Of a stretch of DNA of 64,000 nucleotides, positions 1 to 9,743 are shown piece after piece. Positions within the stretch are counted from its first letter, which is position 1; every line of letters begins with the position of its first letter. The notes below the pieces were generated by a model. That model was not told where the DNA came from, searched no databases, and worked only from the letters and a program-made list of their open reading frames with translations. A program made the translations under genes and the position numbers. Source of the stretch: Alphaproteobacteria bacterium (GTDB taxonomy: Bacteria > Pseudomonadota > Alphaproteobacteria > MPNO01); the NCBI GenBank assembly GCA_965248835.1, contig CBDFLJ010000001.1, positions 1,408,001 through 1,472,000 of the forward strand, given 5' to 3'.

Positions 1-964
1 CATCCCCAACAAGGTCATGGCGCTCAGGAACGGCACCATGGGCTGGACTCTGGCCGGCTACGCGCTCGAGCACGGCAACGAGCGCCCACCGCCGCCGATC
101 AGCCAACGCGGCCTGGCGCGTGCGCAGGCCTGTGCGGAGTCGGTGGCCCGCCGCGCCGGCATCGAGACCATCGACCGGGCGCGGCTGGAGCAATGGCGCG
201 CCGAGGCCGGTACGCGCTCGCTTTATCTGCTGGATGTGCGCGCGCCGGGCGAATACGAGACCGGACATCTCGCGGGCTCGGTACCGATCCCGGGCGGCCA
301 ACTCGTTCAGGCGACCGATACCGCGATCGGCACGCTCAATTCTCGCATCGTCCTGATCGACGACACCGGCGTGCGCGCGATGATGACCGCATCCTGGCTG
401 GTCCAGATGGGCTGGCGGGACGTCGCGGTCTATCGCCTTGATCCGGATGCCGCCGACCTCGAGACCGGACCCCATCGGCCGTGGGTTCTCGGCCTCGACG
501 GCGCGCGGGCAAGGTCGGTCTCGGTGCGCGATCTGGCCGGCATGCACGCCGAAGACGGCATCGCGGTGATCGATCTCGAAGGCAGCCAGGCCTACCGCCG
601 GGCGCACATCCCCGGCGCCTGGTTTGCGCTGCGCTCGCGCCTGGAGGAGGCGCGGGCTTGCCTTCCGGCCGACAGCGCGGTGGTGCTGACCTCGGCCGAC
701 GGCGTCGTCGCGCGCCTGGCTGCCGGCGAAAGCGCCGACGCCGCCTGGCTCGAAGGCGGCACTGCGGCCTGGATCGCCGCCGGGCTGGACACGGCCGACG
801 GCGAGGAGCGCATGGCGACGGCGAGCGATGACGTCTGGCTCCGACCGTACGACCGGGGCGGTGACGTCACCCAGGCGATGAACGCCTATCTCGAATGGGA
901 GCTCGCCCTGGTGCGCCAGATCGAGGCCGACGGCACCACCCGGTTCCGCCGCTTCGAGGCCTGA
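1..964 (+). CDS. Multi-domain rhodanese-related sulfurtransferase (5' end outside the window)
   Basis: Frame is open from the window edge (IPNKVMALRNGTMGW). Two rhodanese signatures: LLDVRAPGEYETGHLAGS and VIDLEGSQAYRRAHIPGA...LEGGTAAW. Confidence 0.85.
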   Translation, partial: IPNKVMALRNGTMGWTLAGYALEHGNERPPPPISQRGLARAQACAESVARRAGIETIDRARLEQWRAEAGTRSLYLLDVRAPGEYETGHLAGSVPIPGGQLVQATDTAIGTLNSRIVLIDDTGVRAMMTASWLVQMGWRDVAVYRLDPDAADLETGPHRPWVLGLDGARARSVSVRDLAGMHAEDGIAVIDLEGSQAYRRAHIPGAWFALRSRLEEARACLPADSAVVLTSADGVVARLAAGESADAAWLEGGTAAWIAAGLDTADGEERMATASDDVWLRPYDRGGDVTQAMNAYLEWELALVRQIEADGTTRFRRFEA

Positions 965-1743
965 TGGCGGCCGGGCTTCACAAGCTCGTCCTGGGGCTGG
1001 GCAAGGCCGCGCTCGACGTGGTTCTGCCGCCGCGCTGCCTTTCCTGTGGCATGCCGGTGGCCGAGATCGGCACCCTGTGCGGGCGCTGCTGGACCGGCCT
1101 GACGTTCATCTCCGCGCCGCGCTGCCTGATATGCGGCGTCCCCTTCGCCTACGAGGTCCCCGAGGAGACTCTGTGCGGCCAATGCCGGCGCCGGCCGCCG
1201 CGCTACGACAGAGCGCGTGCGGTGCTGCGCTACGATGCCGCCTCGCGCGGGCTGGTGATCGCCTTCAAGCACGCCGACCGGACGGATGCGGCGCCGACCT
1301 TCGCCGCCTGGCTGCACCACGCGGCGGGCGACATGCTGGACGGCGGTCCGCTGCTGATGCCGGTGCCGCTGCACCCGGCCCGGCTGCGCGCGCGGCGCTA
1401 CAACCAATCGGCGCTGATGGCCGCGCGGTTGGCCCGGATCGCGCGGCTGGACTGGTCGGCCGACGGGTTGGTGCGGACCCGGCCGACGCGCTCGCAGGGA
1501 CGGCTCGGCGCCGATGAGCGCAGGCGCAATGTCGGCGGCGCCTTCGCGCTGAGCGCGGCCGGCAGGGCGGCGGTCGCCGGCCGCCGGGTGGTGCTGATCG
1601 ACGACGTGCTGACCACCGGCGCCACCGTCGAAGCCTGCGCCCGGCCGCTGCGGGCCGGCGGTGCGGAAGCCGTCGACGTCCTGACCCTGACCAGGGTCAG
1701 TTCGCAAGGCGCGATCGATGCAAGGCGTGAAATTCCTGCGTGA
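964..1743 (+). CDS. comF: ComF family protein (double zinc ribbon + phosphoribosyltransferase domain)
   Basis: CxxC repeats (PPRCLSC, LCGRC, CLICG, LCGQC), RYNQS and PRT motif VVLIDDVLTTGAT. ATG overlaps the upstream TGA. Sits before grxC. Confidence 0.92.
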   Translation: MAAGLHKLVLGLGKAALDVVLPPRCLSCGMPVAEIGTLCGRCWTGLTFISAPRCLICGVPFAYEVPEETLCGQCRRRPPRYDRARAVLRYDAASRGLVIAFKHADRTDAAPTFAAWLHHAAGDMLDGGPLLMPVPLHPARLRARRYNQSALMAARLARIARLDWSADGLVRTRPTRSQGRLGADERRRNVGGAFALSAAGRAAVAGRRVVLIDDVLTTGATVEACARPLRAGGAEAVDVLTLTRVSSQGAIDARREIPA

Positions 1744-1785
1744 CCGGTCTATAGTGGCCGCATGGGATCAGTCGGGGTTTCAGAG

Positions 1786-2058
1786 GTGAGCAAGGTCGAG
1801 ATCTATTCGAGCCACTGGTGTCCGTTCTGCCATCGGGCGAAGGCGTTGCTGGGCGCCAGGGGCGTCTCGTTCGAAGAGATCGACGTCGATGCCGATCCCA
1901 ACCGGCGCCAGGAGATGATGCATCGTGCCGGCGGCCGGCGCACCGTGCCGCAGATCTTCATCGACGGCGCCCATGTCGGCGGCTCCGACGATCTGGCCGC
2001 CTTGGAGCGCGCGGGCAAGCTCGACGACATCCTCGATGCGGGGCGCGGGACGGCGTAG
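1786..2058 (+). CDS. grxC: Glutaredoxin 3
   Basis: CPFC active site, RTVPQIFI and GGSDDL. GTG start inferred. Confidence 0.95.
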   Translation: MSKVEIYSSHWCPFCHRAKALLGARGVSFEEIDVDADPNRRQEMMHRAGGRRTVPQIFIDGAHVGGSDDLAALERAGKLDDILDAGRGTA

Positions 2059-2903
2059 TGCCCGGGCGGTTCACGCTCGCCTGCGTCCAGACCAATAGCG
2101 GCGCCGACATGGCTGCGAACATCGCCGCCGCCGCCGCGCTGGTGCGCCAGGCCGATGCGGCCGGCGCGGATTTGATCGCGCTGCCCGAGGTGGTCGGTCT
2201 GATCGAGCCCGATCCTGCGGTGCTGCTCGCGCGCTCGCCGGGCGAGGCGGAACATCCGGTGCGCGCGGCATTCTCGGATCTCGCGCGTACGCTGGGGAAA
2301 TGGATCCTCATCGGCTCGATCACCGTCGGGCTGGGCGGCGGCAAGCTCGCCAACCGTTCGTTGCTGCTCGATCGGGCCGGCCGCACCGTCGCCCGCTACG
2401 ATAAGATCCACCTGTTCGATGTCGATCTGCCCAACGGCGAGCGTTTCCGCGAGTCCGAGCGCTACCGGGCGGGGGCCGAGGCCTGCCTTGCCGCGACCCC
2501 CTGGGGCGCGCTCGGCATGACGGTCTGCTACGACCTGCGCTTCCCCGCGCTCTACTGGGATCTCGCGCTCGCCGGGGCGGATTTTCTGAGCGTGCCGTCG
2601 GCATTCACCGCCCGGACCGGCCGGGACCACTGGCACGTGCTGCTGCGCGCGCGCGCGGTCGAAACCGGCTGCTACGTCATCGCCCCGGCCCAGTGCGGCG
2701 ACCACGGAAACGGCCGGCGGAGCTATGGCCACTCGCTGGTGGTCGATCCCTGGGGCACGGTGGTGGCCGACGGCGGCGAGGCGCCGGGTATCGTCCTGGC
2801 CGAGATCGAGCCGGCGCGCGTCGCCGAGGCCCGCGCTGCCCTGCCGACGCTCGCCAACCGCCGCCTCTATGCCGGGCCGTCCAGCCTGCGGGCGGCCGAA
2901 TAG
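2058..2903 (+). CDS. Carbon-nitrogen hydrolase (Nit1-like deaminated glutathione amidase)
   Basis: LPE, YDKIHLFDV, VCYDLRFP, LLRARAVETGCY and YGHSLVVDPWG. GTG overlaps the grxC stop. Confidence 0.92.
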   Translation: MPGRFTLACVQTNSGADMAANIAAAAALVRQADAAGADLIALPEVVGLIEPDPAVLLARSPGEAEHPVRAAFSDLARTLGKWILIGSITVGLGGGKLANRSLLLDRAGRTVARYDKIHLFDVDLPNGERFRESERYRAGAEACLAATPWGALGMTVCYDLRFPALYWDLALAGADFLSVPSAFTARTGRDHWHVLLRARAVETGCYVIAPAQCGDHGNGRRSYGHSLVVDPWGTVVADGGEAPGIVLAEIEPARVAEARAALPTLANRRLYAGPSSLRAAE

Positions 2904-3430
2904 GCAGCACCCACGGCACAGATCCGCTGCACCGCGGCCGCGCGCGGCCGCGAAACCTCGCCCTGCTCGAAGGCAACGACCGCGAGCCTGCCCGCGGCCG
3001 CGGACAAAAGCTCGCCCGGCGTGAGCAGGAAATCCGGATTGCTCGGCCGGCCGAAACGCGCGTTGCCCGAAGCGAAGGCCTCGTAGATCAGGACGCCGTC
3101 GTTTGCGACCGCGCCCACGATCGCCGGCAGGATCGGCCGATGGAGGTAGTTGGTCACCACGACGGCCGCAAAGCGGTCGGCCCCCGGCGGCCATGGCCCG
3201 CCCGATTCCAGATCGGCTTCGATCAGCGTGAAATCGTCCCTTCCCAGAAGGTCGACCACGCCGGCGTTGTAGCGGTCAAGCCCGGTGACGGGATGGCCCC
3301 GGTCGAGAAAATAGCGGGCATGGCGGCCGGTGCCGCAGGCGACATCGAGCACCGGCCCGCCGGCCCGGACAAGACCCGCAAACCGGCGCACCCAGGTCGA
3401 AGGCGGGGCGGGGCCGCTATGGCCGCTCAT
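2867..3430 (-). CDS. Class I SAM-dependent methyltransferase
   Basis: Motif I VLDVACGTGRH, plus VVTNYLHR and GRPSNPDFLL. Confidence 0.85.
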   Translation of the reverse strand: MSGHSGPAPPSTWVRRFAGLVRAGGPVLDVACGTGRHARYFLDRGHPVTGLDRYNAGVVDLLGRDDFTLIEADLESGGPWPPGADRFAAVVVTNYLHRPILPAIVGAVANDGVLIYEAFASGNARFGRPSNPDFLLTPGELLSAAAGRLAVVAFEQGEVSRPRAAAVQRICAVGAAYSAARRLDGPA

Positions 3431-3534
3431 GTGCAACGCCGCCACTCTCGGCAAGTTCGAGTCTTGCCCGAGGGCGCCCAATTGCCCACATTAACGGGAT
3501 TGCAATGATCGTCGGAACGTTGTGTGGGTCTTCG

Positions 3535-3963
3535 ATGATTCTGTTCAACCTGCGGTGCGCTGCCGATCACGAGTTCGAGGCGTGGTTCAGGGACGGCGCC
3601 ACCTATGAAGACCAGTCCGCGTCCGGGGAGATCGCCTGCCCGGTCTGCGGCGCCACCGATGTCGGCAAGGCCATCATGGCGCCCCGGGTGTCCAGCAGGG
3701 CGAAGAAGCGCAGCGGCCCGCCGGTCAGCCCGGCGGAGTTCCAGCGTCAATATGTGTCGGCCATGCGCGAGGTCCGCAAGCATGTCGAGGAGAATTGCGA
3801 CTATGTCGGGCCTGGCTTCGCCGAGGAGGCGCGCAAGATCCATAGTGGGGATTCCGAGGAGCGCGGCATCTACGGCGAGGCGACGGAGGACGAGGCCAAG
3901 ACGCTGAGCGAGGAGGGCGTCCCGTTCAACCGCATTCCCTGGGTCCCGCGCGAGGACGCTTAG
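3535..3963 (+). CDS. DUF1178 family protein
   Basis: MILFNLRC..HEFEAWF, CPVCG, KAIMAP, YVG..FAEEARKIH and RGIYGEA. Confidence 0.92.
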   Translation: MILFNLRCAADHEFEAWFRDGATYEDQSASGEIACPVCGATDVGKAIMAPRVSSRAKKRSGPPVSPAEFQRQYVSAMREVRKHVEENCDYVGPGFAEEARKIHSGDSEERGIYGEATEDEAKTLSEEGVPFNRIPWVPREDA

Positions 3964-4735
3964 CGCGCGTTCCAACCCGGTCAGCTCGGGCCGGCCGGCC
4001 CGCCATCTCGGCCGTCGCCAGGTAATTGACCGAAAGATCGCGGCTCAGCCGCCACTCCGCGGTGAGCAGGTCATAGCTCATTCCGTCGAGCGCGCTCAGC
4101 CGTGCGCCGGACTGCTCGAGCGCGCGCGACAACTCCGAGGGTCGGACGAAGCGGCCCCACCGGTGGGTGCCGCGCGGCAGCCAGCCGAGCACGTATTCGG
4201 CACCGACGATCGCCAGCGCGAACGCCTTTGCGGTGCGGTTGAGCGTGGCAAGGACCAGGACGGCGTCGGGTCTCGCCACCGCCGTCAAGGCGGCCATGAA
4301 CGCTGCCATGTCGGGGACGTGCTCGACCACCTCCAGCGCCACGACCGCATCGAAGCGCCGGTCCCCGGCAGCCAGGTCCTCCACGCTCGCGCAGCGATAG
4401 TCGATCCGCAGCCCCATCGCGCGTGCGTGATCGGCGGCGACCGCGATATTCCGCGCGCTCGGGTCGATGCCGGTCACCGAGGCGCCCAGCCGGGTGAGCG
4501 GCTCGGCCAGGAGCCCGCCGCCGCACCCGACATCGAGGATCGCGAGCCCGGCGAGCGGGCTGTCATCGGCGCCGTTGCGGCCGATGCGTTCGGCCAGCGC
4601 GTCGCGGACATAGCGCACCCTGACCGGGTTGATCTTGTGCAGCGGGCGAAAGCTGCCGTCGGGGTCCCACCACTGCTCGGCGAGAGCGGAGAAACGCGCA
4701 ACCTCGCCCTCGTCGACCGCCGCTGCTCCGGACAT
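3926..4735 (-). CDS. ubiG: Ubiquinone biosynthesis O-methyltransferase
   Basis: EVARFSALAEQWWDPDG..PLHKINPVR, LDVGCGGGLL and GAEYVLGWLPRGTH. Divergent from lysC. Confidence 0.95.
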   Translation of the reverse strand: MSGAAAVDEGEVARFSALAEQWWDPDGSFRPLHKINPVRVRYVRDALAERIGRNGADDSPLAGLAILDVGCGGGLLAEPLTRLGASVTGIDPSARNIAVAADHARAMGLRIDYRCASVEDLAAGDRRFDAVVALEVVEHVPDMAAFMAALTAVARPDAVLVLATLNRTAKAFALAIVGAEYVLGWLPRGTHRWGRFVRPSELSRALEQSGARLSALDGMSYDLLTAEWRLSRDLSVNYLATAEMAGRPARADRVGTRAKRPRAGPRECG

Positions 4736-4914
4736 CCTCCACCGCGCCTTTGCTTGCTATAACCCGATGTTGGGTATATGTATGCGCGCCCTTTCAGGAC
4801 AACCAACCAGGCGCGGATTTCGATCTGCCAGCGGCAACTTGCCGCCGCGGTTTTCTTTGATGCCCGATGCGGTGCATCGGGGCGGGCGCTTTCCGGGCGA
4901 AGGAGCGCTGATCT

Positions 4915-6168
4915 GTGCGTCTCGTGCAGAAATTCGGCGGGACATCGATGGCCGATATCGAGCGCATCCGCGCCTCGGCCCGGCTGGTGAAAGAGGAGGT
5001 CGATGCCGGCAATGAAGTTGCCGTGGTGGTCTCGGCGATGGCCGGATCGACCGATCAGCTCGTCGACTGGACGCGGCAGATGGACCGGGACCTTGACGGC
5101 CGTGAATACGACGTCGTGGTCTCGGCCGGCGAGCAGATCACCATCGGGCTGATGGCCCTTGCCCTCCAATCGCTGGGGATCCAGGCCCGGTCCTGGCTCG
5201 GATGGCAGGTGCCCATCCGCACCGACGCCGTGCACGGGCGGGCGCGCATCAGCGCGATCGAAGCCAAGGCGATCGAGGACACCCTGGCCGATGGACAGGT
5301 CGCGGTTATCGCCGGTTTCCAGGGGCTGGGTCCGGACGGCCGCATCACCACGCTCGGCCGCGGCGGCTCGGATACTTCTGCGGTCGCCGTCGCGGCTGCG
5401 CTGAACGCCGAGCGCTGCGACATCTTCACCGATGTCGAGGGCATCTACACCACCGACCCGCGGATCGTCGCCAAGGCGCGCAAGCTCGATCGGGTGACGT
5501 ACGAGGAAATGCTCGAGATGGCGTCCCAGGGAGCCAGGGTGCTGGAGACGCGCTCGGTCGAGATGGCGATGAACCACGGCGTCAAGCTGCAGGTCCGCTC
5601 GAGCTTCAACGACCGGCCCGGAACCCTGGTCGTCAAAGAGGACGGGGAATTGGAACACGAAGTCGTCAGAGGCATCGCCTACACGCGCGATGAGGCCAAG
5701 GTGACCATGGTCGGCGTGCCGGACCGGCCCGGGGTCGCGGCCGGCATTTTCGGCCCGCTCGCCGAGGCAGACATCAATGTCGACCTGATCGTGCAGAACG
5801 TCTCGGCCGACGGCCGCAAGACCGACCTGACCTTCACCGTCACCAAGGCCGATCTCGATCGGGCGATCGCCACCATCGAAGGGGTGCGCGATCAGATCGG
5901 CTACGACCGGCTGGAGGGTGATCCCGAGGTGGTCAAGATCTCGGTCATCGGCGTCGGCATGCGGTCCCACGCCGGCGTGGCGCAGGCGATGTTCACCGCG
6001 CTGGCCGAGAAGGGAATCAATATCCAGGTCATCTCGACATCGGAAATAAAGGTCAGCGTTCTGCTGGCCGAGGAGTATACCGAATTGGCGCTGCGCTCGC
6101 TTCACACGGTCTACGGGCTGGATGAGGACGAGGCCGGAGCCGTTGGCCGCGCGCCGGCCGGCGGCTGA
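4915..6168 (+). CDS. lysC: Aspartate kinase
   Basis: VQKFGGTS, TTLGRGGSDTSAV, DVEGIYTTDPR and two ACT domains (ISTSEIKVS). Confidence 0.97.
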   Translation: MRLVQKFGGTSMADIERIRASARLVKEEVDAGNEVAVVVSAMAGSTDQLVDWTRQMDRDLDGREYDVVVSAGEQITIGLMALALQSLGIQARSWLGWQVPIRTDAVHGRARISAIEAKAIEDTLADGQVAVIAGFQGLGPDGRITTLGRGGSDTSAVAVAAALNAERCDIFTDVEGIYTTDPRIVAKARKLDRVTYEEMLEMASQGARVLETRSVEMAMNHGVKLQVRSSFNDRPGTLVVKEDGELEHEVVRGIAYTRDEAKVTMVGVPDRPGVAAGIFGPLAEADINVDLIVQNVSADGRKTDLTFTVTKADLDRAIATIEGVRDQIGYDRLEGDPEVVKISVIGVGMRSHAGVAQAMFTALAEKGINIQVISTSEIKVSVLLAEEYTELALRSLHTVYGLDEDEAGAVGRAPAGG

Positions 6169-6185
6169 CGGCAAGGAGAGGGGGT

Positions 6186-7217
6186 ATGGATCGGAGCGCT
6201 GCCCGCGCGCGGCTTGACGCATTGTGGGCCCGCGGCCGGACGTTTCTCGGCGTCGAGCACGCAATCCTCGGCGGTGCGATGACCTGGGTATCGGAGCGCA
6301 ACCTGGTCTCGGCGCTGTCCAATTCCGGCGCGTTCGGGGTCATCGCCTGCGGCGCGATGGGGCCGGACCTGCTGTCGGCCGAGATCGCCGAGACCGCGAC
6401 GCGGACCGAGAGGCCTTTCGGGGTCAACCTGATCACCATGCATCCCGAGCTCGACGGCCTGATCGAGGTCTGCCTCGACCATCGGATCTCGCACGTGATC
6501 CTGGCCGGTGGGCTGCCCCGGTCCGCCTCGATCCAGCGGATCAACGACGGCGGCGCCAAGGTGGTCGCTTTCGCCCCGACGCTGGGCGTGGCCAGGCGTC
6601 TGGTCCGCCTGGGGGCAGGCGCCATCATCATCGAGGGCGCCGAGGCCGGCGGCCATGTCGGGCCGGTCGCGACCGGCGTGCTTGCCCAGGAGATCCTCCC
6701 CAGCCTGAACGACGTGCCGGTGTTCATCGCCGGCGGGATCGGCCGGGGCGATGCGATCCTGTCCTATCTCGAACTCGGCGCCTCGGGCTGCCAGCTCGGC
6801 ACCCGGTTCGTCTGTGCCAGCGAGTCGATCGCCCATCCGGACTTCAAGCGGGCCTTCATCCGCGCTGCCGCGCGCGATGCGGTCGCATCGGTGCAGATCG
6901 ACCCCGATTTCCCCGTCATCCCGGTGCGCGCGCTGCAGAACAAGGGCACCCAGGCCTTCATGGACACCCAGCGCCAGATCATCGCGCGCTACCGGGCCGG
7001 CGAGGTGGCCCAAGACGAAGCCCAGCTCGAGATCGAGCATTTCTGGGCCGGCGCCCTGCGGCGCGCGGTGATCGAGGGCGATATCGAGTTCGGCTCCCTG
7101 ATGGCCGGGCAGAGCGTCGGGATGGTGGCGCGCGAGGAGCCGATCGGCGCGATCATCGCCGAGCTGGTCGATCAGGCGCTGGACGCGATCGAAGCCAGGG
7201 CGGGGATCAAGAAGTGA
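6186..7217 (+). CDS. Nitronate monooxygenase / FabK-like flavin oxidoreductase
   Basis: EGAEAGGHVG, FIAGGI, QLGTRF and GSLMAGQSVG. Usual position between lysC and ptsP. Confidence 0.88.
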   Translation: MDRSAARARLDALWARGRTFLGVEHAILGGAMTWVSERNLVSALSNSGAFGVIACGAMGPDLLSAEIAETATRTERPFGVNLITMHPELDGLIEVCLDHRISHVILAGGLPRSASIQRINDGGAKVVAFAPTLGVARRLVRLGAGAIIIEGAEAGGHVGPVATGVLAQEILPSLNDVPVFIAGGIGRGDAILSYLELGASGCQLGTRFVCASESIAHPDFKRAFIRAAARDAVASVQIDPDFPVIPVRALQNKGTQAFMDTQRQIIARYRAGEVAQDEAQLEIEHFWAGALRRAVIEGDIEFGSLMAGQSVGMVAREEPIGAIIAELVDQALDAIEARAGIKK

Positions 7218-7222
7218 CGGCG

Positions 7223-9499
7223 ATGGTGCAAGCGGGAATCAGCGGTCACCGCCGCGCGCTTCGCCGGTTGCGCACCGTCATGGCGGGTGAGGGCTCGGCC
7301 GAGGAGCGGCTGGAGGAGATCGTCGAGATCGTCGCCGCCGAGATGGTGGCGGAGGTCTGCTCGGTCTACGTGATGCGCGCGGGCGAGCTGCTGGAGCTGT
7401 TCGCCACCAAGGGGCTCAACCCCGACGCGGTGCACCGGACCCGGCTGCGGGTCGGCGAGGGCCTGGTCGGTACGGTCGCCGCGCAGGCCCGGCCGCTCAA
7501 CCTGCCCGACGCCCAGTCGCACCCGCAGTTCACCTACCGGCCGGAGACCGGTGAGGAGATCTACCATTCGCTGCTCGGCGTGCCGATCCTGCGCGGCGGG
7601 CGGGTGCGCGGCGTGCTGGTCGTCCAGAACCAGGCGCGGCGCCAATATGCCGACGAAGAGGTCGAGGCGCTGGAATTGATCGGCGTGGTGGTCGCCGAGC
7701 TGATTGCCGGCGGCGCGCTGATCAACGCGGCGGAGACCACCCCCAGTCAAGGCAACGCGGTCCTGTCGGTCCGGCTCGAAGGCCTCAGGATCAGCGAAGG
7801 GCTGGCGATGGGCGAGGCGGTGCTGCACACCCCGCCGGTCAGCATCCCCCAGATGTTCGCCGACGAGCCCGAGCTCGAGCACGACCGGCTGGCCCAGGCG
7901 ATGGCCTCGATGCACAGTGAGCTCGACGACATGCTGGCGCTGAGCGAGCTGGACCAGGCGGGCGAGCATCGCGACATCCTCGCGACCTACCGCAAGTTCG
8001 CCGAGGACCGCGGCTGGCTGCGGCGCATCGGCGAGGCGATCGACGGTGGGCTGGCCGCCGAGGCCGCAGTCCAGAAAGTGCTCGACGACACCAGGGCGCG
8101 CATGCACCAGATCGTAGATCCCTATCTCAGCGAGCGCATGGCCGACCTGGAGGACCTCGCCTACCGGCTGCTTCACCATCTGACCGGCAATGTGCGCATC
8201 GCCGATTTGGAGGTGCAGCCCGAGGCCGTGGTCCTGGTCGCCCACAATATCGGCCCGGCGGAACTGCTGGACTACGAGCCTCGGCGGCTGAAGGCGCTGA
8301 TCCTCGAGGAGGGTTCCGCGACCTCCCACGTCGCGATCGTCGCACGGGCGCTCAACATCCCGGTGGTCGGCCGCATCAAGGGCCTCCTGACCCGAATCGA
8401 CCAGATGGATCCGGTCATCGTCGACGGCGATCACGCCCAGGTCTACGTGCGGCCGGGCGAGGACATCCTGCAAATGGCGGCCGATCACCTGTCGGTGCGC
8501 CAGCAGAGGTTGGCCGAATATGCCGCCATGCGCGATGCGCCGGCACGTACCCGCGACGGTGTGCGGATCAGCCTGAACATGAACGCCGGGCTGCTGATGG
8601 ATCTCCAGGCCCTGCCGGACAGCGGGGCGGAGGGCATCGGGCTCTACCGGACCGAGATTCCGTTCATGGTCCATTCCGAATTCCCCAGCGTCGAGGCCCA
8701 GACCGATCTCTACCGGCAGGTGCTGGAAGGCGCGAACGGCCTGCCGGTGACCTTCCGCACGCTCGACATCGGCGGCGACAAGGAGCTGCCTTATTTCCGG
8801 GACTCGAAGGACCAGAACCCGGCCATGGGTTGGCGGTCGATTCGGGTGGCGCTGGACCGGCCGCACATGATGCGCCAGCAGCTCCGCGCGCTGATCGGGG
8901 CCACCGGCGCCCGCGGGCTGAACATCATGTTCCCGATGATCGCGGAGGTCGCCGAGCTGGAAGCCGCGCGCGCCATCCTGGATCTCGAACTGCGCCGGGC
9001 CGCGACGCGGGGCGAGCCGATGCCCGATCCCGTGCGCGTCGGGGTGATGGTCGAGGTGCCCAGCCTGATGTGGCAGCTCGAGGCGCTGCTGCCGCGGGTC
9101 GATTTCGTCTCGGTCGGCAGCAACGACCTTTTCCAGTTTCTGTTCGCCTCGGACAGGGGAAACCCTCGGGTCAGCGAGCGTTACGACGTCCTGTCGCCCG
9201 GCCCGCTGTCGTTGCTGCGCGGCCTGGTCGCGCGCTGCGATGCCCATGGTGTCCCGGTCTCGCTTTGCGGCGAGATGGCGGGCCGGCCGATCGAGGCGAT
9301 GGCCGTGATCGGGGTCGGGTTCCGCAGCATTTCCGCGCCCGCCGGCACGATCGGGCCGGTTAAGAAAATGATCCTGAGCCTCGATGCCGGCATGCTCGGC
9401 GACTTCCTGGCGACGCTTCTGAACCTGCCCGACCGCAGCATCCGCGAACGGCTGCGAGGTTTCTCCCGCGACCGCGGCATAATACTGGAGGATGCTTGA
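7223..9499 (+). CDS. ptsP: Phosphoenolpyruvate-protein phosphotransferase EI-Ntr (GAF + EI)
   Basis: GAF domain (ELFATKGLN, YRPETGEEIYHS), phospho-His motif TSHVAIVAR, GIGLYRTE and LCGEMAG. The true start lies inside the longer 6224 ORF call. Confidence 0.96.
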   Translation: MVQAGISGHRRALRRLRTVMAGEGSAEERLEEIVEIVAAEMVAEVCSVYVMRAGELLELFATKGLNPDAVHRTRLRVGEGLVGTVAAQARPLNLPDAQSHPQFTYRPETGEEIYHSLLGVPILRGGRVRGVLVVQNQARRQYADEEVEALELIGVVVAELIAGGALINAAETTPSQGNAVLSVRLEGLRISEGLAMGEAVLHTPPVSIPQMFADEPELEHDRLAQAMASMHSELDDMLALSELDQAGEHRDILATYRKFAEDRGWLRRIGEAIDGGLAAEAAVQKVLDDTRARMHQIVDPYLSERMADLEDLAYRLLHHLTGNVRIADLEVQPEAVVLVAHNIGPAELLDYEPRRLKALILEEGSATSHVAIVARALNIPVVGRIKGLLTRIDQMDPVIVDGDHAQVYVRPGEDILQMAADHLSVRQQRLAEYAAMRDAPARTRDGVRISLNMNAGLLMDLQALPDSGAEGIGLYRTEIPFMVHSEFPSVEAQTDLYRQVLEGANGLPVTFRTLDIGGDKELPYFRDSKDQNPAMGWRSIRVALDRPHMMRQQLRALIGATGARGLNIMFPMIAEVAELEAARAILDLELRRAATRGEPMPDPVRVGVMVEVPSLMWQLEALLPRVDFVSVGSNDLFQFLFASDRGNPRVSERYDVLSPGPLSLLRGLVARCDAHGVPVSLCGEMAGRPIEAMAVIGVGFRSISAPAGTIGPVKKMILSLDAGMLGDFLATLLNLPDRSIRERLRGFSRDRGIILEDA

Positions 9500-9743
9500 C
9501 CGCAGGCCCGCGGCCTGGCGGACTCCAGGGCATCGGTCATCACAAATGAATTGATCGATGTCACCCGAAGTTGCTACTAAAGCTGGACCTGTCCGTTGGA
9601 CGGGTAAGGAGGCGAGCGGTCAGGCGCGCGTTGCGCCGCGGAAAGGCTGCCCGGGCGCACGGTGTCGGCCCAAGGGGCCGGCCCAAGATGCCGGTGGCGC
9701 GCGCACGCCGCACACGCTATCGAACCGGGCGTGAGCGTTCGGT

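Noticed and set aside
6224-7222. 1091-aa PtsP with a long N-terminal extension
   Set aside because: The extension is an off-frame shadow of the flavin oxidoreductase gene. PtsP motifs begin at about 7223.
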